Source: Candidatus Aminicenantes bacterium | GTDB taxonomy: Bacteria; Acidobacteriota; Aminicenantia; UBA2199 | DNA length: 64,000 nt | Assembly: GCA_029938635.1 (NCBI GenBank) | Contig: JAOZUQ010000005.1 | Span: 1,363 to 65,362 of the forward strand | Direction of reading: 5' to 3' | The notes under the pieces: generated by a model | Told to the model about the DNA's origin: nothing | The model's input: only the letters and a program-made list of their open reading frames with translations | Database searches by the model: none | Shown: positions 57,457 to 64,000 of the stretch, one piece after another | How positions within the stretch are numbered: the stretch's first letter is position 1 | Layout of the letters: each line of letters begins with the position of its first letter | Program-made: the position numbers and the translations under genes

Positions 57457-57559
57457 GCTATGAAGACGAGGTGAGAGCCCGGTACTCTACGACCCTCACC
57501 AACCTGTTCTGACAGGGATAAGGTGGTTTACCGGATAGGGTTACAAACCCTGAAATAGT
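57457..57559 (+). ncRNA. SAM-I (S-box)-like riboswitch aptamer, atypical variant
   Basis: P1 GCUAU/AUAGU; J1/2 AAGA; P2 with k-turn (GAGGU-GA-GAG...CUC-UAC-GA-CCCUC); pseudoknot CCGGUA/UACCGG; P3 ACC-AA-CC/GG-U-GGU; P4 UAGGG/CCCUG; upstream of Asp-family pathway genes. Confidence 0.78.
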
Positions 57560-57574
57560 GATCGGGAGGCTGTA

Positions 57575-57598
57575 ATGAATTCATTAATGATAATGTGA
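57575..57598 (+). CDS. Putative Met-rich leader peptide MNSLMIM
   Basis: SD GGAGG (57565-57569) 5 nt before ATG AAT TCA TTA ATG ATA ATG TGA. Confidence 0.5.
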   Translation: MNSLMIM

Positions 57599-57744
57599 AG
57601 CCCTTAGGGGCATTCCAGTCTGTTATCTTCCGGATCGAATTCTGATCTGGCCAGAGGTTATAGGTCAGAGGTATAAAGAGTTTGAAAGTTACCGCTAACC
57701 CCTTACCTATTACCTGAATCTCAAAAATAAATTAAGGAGAAGAA

Positions 57745-58773
57745 GTGAAGAATAATAATAAAATAAATGTTTGTGTTATGGGGGCCACAGGTTTGATCGG
57801 ACAGGCCTTCGTTAATATATTATCATCTCATCCTGTATTCCAAATTGTTTCTTTGACCGGGAGCAAAACAGGAATAGGAGAGAAATACAGGGATGCAATA
57901 AACTGGAAACTGCCTTTGGCTTTTCCGGACAAAGCAGGAGATATAATTATCAGTAAACCGGATAAAAAATCTCTTGGAAACAGAGGAATTCAAGTAGTAT
58001 TTTCGGCATTGCCATCTGATATTGCCGGAGATATTGAAGATGATCTCAGGAATGAGGGATTTTTTGTTTTTACTAATGCAGGAGCTCACAGATATGATAC
58101 AGATGTACCGATATTAGTACCTGATATTAACCCGGGTTCCATAAAACTGATAGAAGAACAGGGATTCCCGAAAAGCGGTTTTATAATAACAAATCCGAAT
58201 TGCAGTTCAGCCGGCCTTTCAGTTGCACTTGCTCCATTAAAAAGATTCGGGATAGAAGAAGTGACTGTCTCCACTTATCAGGCAATATCCGGAGCTGGAT
58301 ATCCGGGACTATCTGCAATGGACATTTCAGGAAATGTGATCCCTCATATTGAAGGTGAAGAGGAAAAGATAGAGAAAGAGACCAGGAAAATATTGGAGAT
58401 TGATCCTGAAATATTTGCAACATGTGTGAGAGTACCCGTTCTCTATGGTCATTTAGAAACTATATGGGTTGAATTTTCCGGATCTCCATGCCCGGAAGAT
58501 ATTCAAAAAGCATGGTCAAAATCTGTTCCGGAATTCAACTTACCATCACTGACAAGCAGATCTGTGGAATATTTGACCGGGCCGGGATATCCCGGCAATC
58601 ACCTCTCTTTCCGGGGAGATCCTCCCGGAATGCAGGTTTACACTGGCGGATTGAAAAAGAGAGGGCGGCGGATCGGATTCAACCTCCTTGTAAACAATCT
58701 GGTAAGAGGCGGAGCAGGCGGTTCTGTAGCTAATGCTGAACTTTTTCATGAGATCTACCGGGGGAGCAAATGA
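57745..58773 (+). CDS. asd: Aspartate-semialdehyde dehydrogenase (resembles the archaeal/fungal-type clade)
   Basis: MGATGLIGQ, VFSALPS, TNPNCS with catalytic Cys, YQAISGAGYPG, CVRVPVLYGH, NLVRGGAGGS; GTG start with SD AAGGAG. Confidence 0.92.
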   Translation: MKNNNKINVCVMGATGLIGQAFVNILSSHPVFQIVSLTGSKTGIGEKYRDAINWKLPLAFPDKAGDIIISKPDKKSLGNRGIQVVFSALPSDIAGDIEDDLRNEGFFVFTNAGAHRYDTDVPILVPDINPGSIKLIEEQGFPKSGFIITNPNCSSAGLSVALAPLKRFGIEEVTVSTYQAISGAGYPGLSAMDISGNVIPHIEGEEEKIEKETRKILEIDPEIFATCVRVPVLYGHLETIWVEFSGSPCPEDIQKAWSKSVPEFNLPSLTSRSVEYLTGPGYPGNHLSFRGDPPGMQVYTGGLKKRGRRIGFNLLVNNLVRGGAGGSVANAELFHEIYRGSK

Positions 58774-60167
58774 AAAAAATAGTAGTTAAATTCGGAGGGT
58801 CTGTTCTAAAAAATCCCGAAGGCCTGCAAAAAATAGAGAAAATTATCAACTCATATAACAATTATCTGATAATTGTGGTCTCTGCTTTGTTTAGTGTTAC
58901 TGACAAATTATCTGAAATTCTGGCAGGAGGAAATTTGTCAGGTGCAAATATTTCAAGGTTGATCAAAAGCCTCAGAAGAATACATCATGATTTCCTGGAT
59001 CACAACATTAATAACCTTTCAACAATCAAATTGATAAAAATAGACCTTGAGATGATGCTGGTAGTATTAAATGATCATTTAACAGGGCTTATGTTGATCG
59101 GAGATATTCCCGAGTCCTCACATGCATTTGTTATTAGTTTCGGTGAAAGACTTTCATCAATGGTAATTACTTCCATATTGAATAGTAAAGGAATCGGGAT
59201 ATGTAAATCTACACCTGAAGAAATTGGGCTTTACACTTCCGGAAGGTCTTTAGATGCAAGAATTGACCTTGAAAGATCCAGGACAGAGGTTAAGAAAAAG
59301 CTTTCAGCTGAAAAGCATTATTTAATTCCCGGTTTTTACGGTATCAACAATAATAATAAAGTATCCGTCTTCGGAAGAGGGGGGAGTGATTATAGTGCTG
59401 CAGTTATTGCAGAATGTATAGATGCCGAATATTGCGATCTCTGGAAAGATGTGAACGGCTTCATGACTGCAGATCCTGTACTGATAAAAAACGCATCCAC
59501 AATACCTCTGCTATCCTATGGAGAAGCTGCTGAATTATCCTACTTTGGAGCCGGTATTACTCACCCGGATACTTTTGCACCGGTCAGGTTAAAAAATATC
59601 CCTCTCAGGATATTCAGTATCGAACAACATATTGAGAGAGAACTCCTCCCTCCGGCATCAACTTTAATAAACTCAAAGAGAGAACGGAATAAAAATGTAA
59701 TAAAAAGTATAACCTATAGTAATAACTTTGCATTGTTGAGGATAAAAGGGAGTGGTGTAGGAATACATCCCGGAATAATCTCAAATATTTCCCGGAAGCT
59801 AAGTGAGAAAGGGATCAATATCAGGTCAATAATAACTTCGCAAACAACTATCAATTTTCTGCTCTCTTCTAAGAATATTGAGGAAGCATCATCAATCGTC
59901 AGGGAACTCAACCTTCCTGATGCCGAGGAGATAAGTATTGATGAAAACATAGCGTTGATAGCTGCAGTCGGGTATGGTTTCAGAGAAACATATGGTGTCG
60001 CTGCAAAGATCCTGACAACTCTGTCTGAGGAAAAGATAAATGTGACTCTCATGACAGCCGGGGCATCTGATGATGCGATATATTTGACAATAAGAAAAAA
60101 TGAATGTGAAAAAGCGGTCAGATCACTTCATCATGAATTCTTTGAGGTACAGCACCACAATAAGTAA
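58770..60167 (+). CDS. Aspartate kinase with two ACT domains
   Basis: VKFGGS, VVSA, SFGERLS, FGRGGSDYSA, KDVNGFMTADP, EAAELSYFGA. Confidence 0.92.
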   Translation: MKKIVVKFGGSVLKNPEGLQKIEKIINSYNNYLIIVVSALFSVTDKLSEILAGGNLSGANISRLIKSLRRIHHDFLDHNINNLSTIKLIKIDLEMMLVVLNDHLTGLMLIGDIPESSHAFVISFGERLSSMVITSILNSKGIGICKSTPEEIGLYTSGRSLDARIDLERSRTEVKKKLSAEKHYLIPGFYGINNNNKVSVFGRGGSDYSAAVIAECIDAEYCDLWKDVNGFMTADPVLIKNASTIPLLSYGEAAELSYFGAGITHPDTFAPVRLKNIPLRIFSIEQHIERELLPPASTLINSKRERNKNVIKSITYSNNFALLRIKGSGVGIHPGIISNISRKLSEKGINIRSIITSQTTINFLLSSKNIEEASSIVRELNLPDAEEISIDENIALIAAVGYGFRETYGVAAKILTTLSEEKINVTLMTAGASDDAIYLTIRKNECEKAVRSLHHEFFEVQHHNK

Positions 60168-60210
60168 GTTTGGTAAAAAATCTGTGTTGTGATATTTTTA
60201 TAACCCTACC

Positions 60211-61800
60211 ATGAAAAATTCTGAAACTTATGATTATATTATTATCGGCTCGGGTTTTGGCGGAAGTGTTTCAGCTCTCCGGTTAGCAGAGAAAGGGTAT
60301 AAGGTTCTCATAATTGAGAGTGGCAGGAGATACAGGCCTGAGGACTTCCCGAAAACCAATTGGAACCTGAGAAAGTGGCTATGGGCACCCAGACTCTTCT
60401 GCTATGGCATACAAAAGATCCATATGCTGAAAAATGTCCTGATCCTGGCTGGAAGCGGCCTCGGAGGAGGAAGCCTGGTCTATGCCAACACACTTCTTGT
60501 CCCTCCTGACCCGTTTTTTAAAGACCCGGATTGGAGTAGCCTTGACAAGGACTGGAAAAAAGAACTGATGCCGTTTTACGAAAAAGCAAAAACAATGCTC
60601 GGTGTTACAACAAACCGGCATCTGTCAGTCCCGGATGACCTGCTTAAAAAATATGGTAAAGAGATCGGCAGGGAAAAATATTTTCATCCGACAGAAGTGG
60701 GAGTCTTTTTCGGAGAACCCGGAAAAACTGTCCCCGATCCTTTCTTTAATGGAAAGGGCCCGGAAAGGAGAGGGTGCACATTAACAGGCCATTGCATGGT
60801 CGGATGCAGGGATGGCGGGAAGAACAGCCTGGATAAGAACTATCTGTGGCTTGCTGAAAACCTTGGTGTCGATATTCTGACAGAGCATAAGGTTAAAGAT
60901 GTCATGCTAATGGAGAATGGAGAGTATGAAGTAAAGGCAAAAAAGGTTACAGGATTTCTATTTAAAAGATCAAAAAAAATCCGGACAAATGGAATAGTCT
61001 TCTCTGCAGGTGCACTTGGGACAAATGATCTTCTTGCAAAATGCAAAGAGAACGGACACCTTCATGACCTTTCAGAAACACTTGGTGAAAATTCAAGAAC
61101 AAATAGTGAAGTTATGACCGGACTCACTGCCGGAAATAAGGTTGATTTCAACCCTGAGGGGGTTGCCATAACCTCAGGACTTTTTGTAAATGAAAATACT
61201 CATATTGAGGTCGTCAGGTATCCGAAGGGTTCAAGCGCAATGATCTTTCTTACGACACTGTTGATAGACAAAAAGAACGGCAGGTCAAGAACATGGATGC
61301 TTTTAAAAGAGATGTTGAAACATCCCTTGAAAATGGCCCGCATATCGATCCCGTTCGGTTGGGCACGCCGTTCTGTGATACTTCTGGTCATGCAGATAAT
61401 TGACAATAAGATAAAACTTATAAGAAAGAGGAGATGGTGGTCACCATTTAAAAAAGCTCTCACATCAATTAATACGGGGAAAAAAATACCTGCTTATATT
61501 CAGGAAGCAAATGATGCCGCCGGATCAATGGCAAAGAGAGTTGAAGGGATCCCGCAAAGTGCAATTACAGAGATATTGTTTGACATCCCTGTTTCCGCAC
61601 ATATTCTCGGCGGGTGTGTGATGGGGGAAAACATAGAAGAGGGCGTGACCGATAAATATCACAAAGTGTTCGGATATAAGAACATGTATATTCTGGATGG
61701 ATCTGTCATCCCGGCAAACCTCGGTGTAAATCCGAGCCTGACAATTGCAGCCATGTCCGAAAGGGCTATGAGCTACATACCTGAAAAAAAGAGAGTTTGA
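60211..61800 (+). CDS. GMC-family flavoprotein oxidoreductase (cholesterol oxidase ChoD-like)
   Basis: IIGSGFGGSVSALRL, GGGSLVYAN, CMVGC, AHILGGC, NLGVNPSLTI.A..ERA. Confidence 0.88.
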   Translation: MKNSETYDYIIIGSGFGGSVSALRLAEKGYKVLIIESGRRYRPEDFPKTNWNLRKWLWAPRLFCYGIQKIHMLKNVLILAGSGLGGGSLVYANTLLVPPDPFFKDPDWSSLDKDWKKELMPFYEKAKTMLGVTTNRHLSVPDDLLKKYGKEIGREKYFHPTEVGVFFGEPGKTVPDPFFNGKGPERRGCTLTGHCMVGCRDGGKNSLDKNYLWLAENLGVDILTEHKVKDVMLMENGEYEVKAKKVTGFLFKRSKKIRTNGIVFSAGALGTNDLLAKCKENGHLHDLSETLGENSRTNSEVMTGLTAGNKVDFNPEGVAITSGLFVNENTHIEVVRYPKGSSAMIFLTTLLIDKKNGRSRTWMLLKEMLKHPLKMARISIPFGWARRSVILLVMQIIDNKIKLIRKRRWWSPFKKALTSINTGKKIPAYIQEANDAAGSMAKRVEGIPQSAITEILFDIPVSAHILGGCVMGENIEEGVTDKYHKVFGYKNMYILDGSVIPANLGVNPSLTIAAMSERAMSYIPEKKRV

Positions 61801-61806
61801 CAATAG

Positions 61807-63684
61807 ATGAAAACGGTTTACGGCACAACTGACAGAATACTTGAAATAGATCTGACCTCAGGAAAATTCAATGAAATAAAGATCCCTGAAAAGGATAGAA
61901 AAGAATATCTCGGAGGAAAGGGGCTTGCATTAAAACTACTTTATGACCAGCTTACTCCCGGGATCGACCCCTTGAGTGAAGATAATATATTCATTCTGAC
62001 AACCGGGGTGCTGATAGGTACAGGCGCCCCTAATTCAGCCAGATTCTCAGCTGTTTCAAAATCTCCTCTGACTGGAATAATCACACATTCATCATGCGGT
62101 GGGCCGTTCGGGAATGCACTTAAAACATCAGGCTGGGATGGAATAATTCTTAAGGGTAAATCAGTTTCCCCCATTTTCTTGTCGATCAACTCCCTCGGAG
62201 TAAAATTTGAGAGTGCAGAAAAAATCTGGAATAAAACCACTTCGGAAACCGAAAAATATTTATCTGCTATTGGAAAAGGCTCTTTGTCAATCGGCCCGGC
62301 AGGAGAAAATCTTGTCAGGTTTGCAAATATTTATTCAGGAGGCAGATTTCTTGGCAGAGGTGGACTTGGAGCTGTTCTCGGATCCAAGAATGTGAAAGGG
62401 ATAACGGCTAAGGGGGGAGAAATAGAAATATCCCCGGCTGATCCGGAAAACTTTAAGAAGTATTCTTCAAGAGGATTCAAATTTATAAAAAGAAATTATT
62501 TTACCGGACATAAATATAAAAATTACGGGACCCTGATGCATCTAAACACAAACAATAAAGCCGGTATCATGCCTGTAAATAATTTCACATTTTCATCCAG
62601 TGAAAAAGCAAAGATCTTAACAGGTGAATTCCTGAATGAAACCAGGAATACAAAATTTGAAAGTTGCAGAAATTGCTCAATCCTTTGTGGACATTCGGGT
62701 GAGTTCAATGGAAAGAGGACAAGTGTCCCTGAATATGAAACAACTTCTCTCCTCGGTTCTAATCTCGGAATCTTCGATATTGACAAAATATCGGAATGGA
62801 ATGATAAATGCGGAGAGTTGGGGATTGATACAATATCTGCAGGAGGCACAATTGCTTATGTTATGGAAGCGGCTGAAAAAGGGCTTATTAATTCTCCACT
62901 CAGATTCGGAAACTCTGATCATATTACTAAAACGATTGAGGACATATCATTTTTGAAAGGTTTCGGGTCAGAGATGGCTGAAGGCAGCAGGAAGCTTTCC
63001 GAAAAATATGGCGGTAAAGAATTCTGTATGACAGTTAAAGGACTGGAAATGAGCGCATATCATCCTGTAGGCAGCGTTGGAATGGGACTTAATTATGCTG
63101 TTGCCAATAGAGGAGGGTGCCATTTATCTTCAACAATATTCGGACTTGAAATTGACACTAATTTCCTCAATCCTTTAAAAACATTCAGGAAAGCGACCTA
63201 TGTCGAAATGCTTGAAAATATATTTTCCGGTATTAACTCTCTCCACACATGTCACTTTACAATTTACCCTTATCTACTTGAATCGATAAGGCTGAGATAT
63301 ATTCCGAAACCGTTAGTTAAGTTTTTTATGCTGTTACTTCCATCTGTTGCAAAACTTTTTATTGATGTCACTATGTATTCAGGTTTATTCTCATCTGTAA
63401 CAGGGATTAAAATCTCTGCAGGGGATTTCCAGTCAGCCGGGAAAAGGATTCATGTTCTTGAAAGATATTTGAATACCAGAGAAGGGATCAGTATTGTTGA
63501 TGATACTCTGCCCGAAAAAATTATTTCCGGAGGAATTAGAGGAAAGATTCAGAAGCCTTATCCTCTCCAAAAGATGCTTCACCAATATTATAAAATAAGA
63601 AAGTATGATGAGAATGGGATCCCGCGGCAATCCTCTCTTAAACGTCTTGGTATTGATACAGAGGGGAAACAGATTAGAACCTGA
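61807..63684 (+). CDS. Aldehyde:ferredoxin oxidoreductase family (W/Mo-pterin)
   Basis: YLGGKG, KSPLTG, IGPAGENLVRFA, GRGGLGAVLGSKN, C..C...C, PEYET, GIDTIS, NRGGCHL. Confidence 0.92.
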   Translation: MKTVYGTTDRILEIDLTSGKFNEIKIPEKDRKEYLGGKGLALKLLYDQLTPGIDPLSEDNIFILTTGVLIGTGAPNSARFSAVSKSPLTGIITHSSCGGPFGNALKTSGWDGIILKGKSVSPIFLSINSLGVKFESAEKIWNKTTSETEKYLSAIGKGSLSIGPAGENLVRFANIYSGGRFLGRGGLGAVLGSKNVKGITAKGGEIEISPADPENFKKYSSRGFKFIKRNYFTGHKYKNYGTLMHLNTNNKAGIMPVNNFTFSSSEKAKILTGEFLNETRNTKFESCRNCSILCGHSGEFNGKRTSVPEYETTSLLGSNLGIFDIDKISEWNDKCGELGIDTISAGGTIAYVMEAAEKGLINSPLRFGNSDHITKTIEDISFLKGFGSEMAEGSRKLSEKYGGKEFCMTVKGLEMSAYHPVGSVGMGLNYAVANRGGCHLSSTIFGLEIDTNFLNPLKTFRKATYVEMLENIFSGINSLHTCHFTIYPYLLESIRLRYIPKPLVKFFMLLLPSVAKLFIDVTMYSGLFSSVTGIKISAGDFQSAGKRIHVLERYLNTREGISIVDDTLPEKIISGGIRGKIQKPYPLQKMLHQYYKIRKYDENGIPRQSSLKRLGIDTEGKQIRT

Positions 63685-63720
63685 TATTCTTTTAATGTAT
63701 AATATCTCCAAAATATCATT

Positions 63721-64000
63721 ATGAAGAAGAAGATCATTATCATACTATCACTGATCGGTGTGGGACTCTTCATAAATCTCATTGTTAAGATCGGACTCGA
63801 AACAATATGGGACACTGTAAAAAATATTTCTCCCGAATATTTTCTGATCCTTCTTCTGATCAGATTTGTTTTCTGGTATATCAGAACACTCAATTGGAAG
63901 ATAATTATGGAGAAATGTCAGATCACAATGCCCTTCTGGAAAATATTTAAGGCCAGGGTTGCAGGTTTCGCTGTCAACTATCTTACTCCATCTGCAAACA
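63721..64000 (+). CDS. Lysylphosphatidylglycerol synthase TM / flippase-like protein, 3' truncated by window
   Basis: Manual translation: MKKKIIIILSLIGVGLFINLIVKIGLETIW...RTLNWKII...AGFAVNYLTPSAN. Confidence 0.75.
   Translation, partial: MKKKIIIILSLIGVGLFINLIVKIGLETIWDTVKNISPEYFLILLLIRFVFWYIRTLNWKIIMEKCQITMPFWKIFKARVAGFAVNYLTPSAN

Overview
AT-rich bacterial chromosomal window. The Oar-type TonB receptor, VWA-like exported protein and DUF6677-like pair suggest an Acidobacteriota/Aminicenantes-like anaerobe (inference). Core content: ugd-glmS; a dcw cluster (mraZ-rsmH-ftsL-ftsI-murE-murF-murD-ftsW-murC-ftsQ-ftsA-ftsZ) lacking mraY and murG and running into hutI; class II RNR nrdJ with NrdR boxes; trxA, purA, DDAH, M3 peptidase, pepT, asd-aspartokinase, a GMC oxidoreductase and an AOR. 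Best candidate novel system: a ~7.6 kb module (glutamate dehydrogenase, two PPDK_N/ATP-grasp proteins, one fused to a nucleotidyltransferase, and a metallophosphoesterase) bracketed by an exact 52-bp duplication of the nrdJ 3' end, possibly a writer/eraser modification system. Also notable: an atypical SAM-I riboswitch followed by a Met-rich leader peptide; duplicated LytTR-only + Fis-HTH-only pairs beside a 9-12-9 direct repeat upstream of the TonB receptor; four permease-less family-5 SBPs leading into a histidine kinase; three secreted proteins sharing an Ig-like module; a MITE with a 4-bp TSD; three probable leaderless promoters. No tRNA, rRNA, CRISPR, integrase or transposase was recognised. 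All calls come from reading the sequence; no searches were run.
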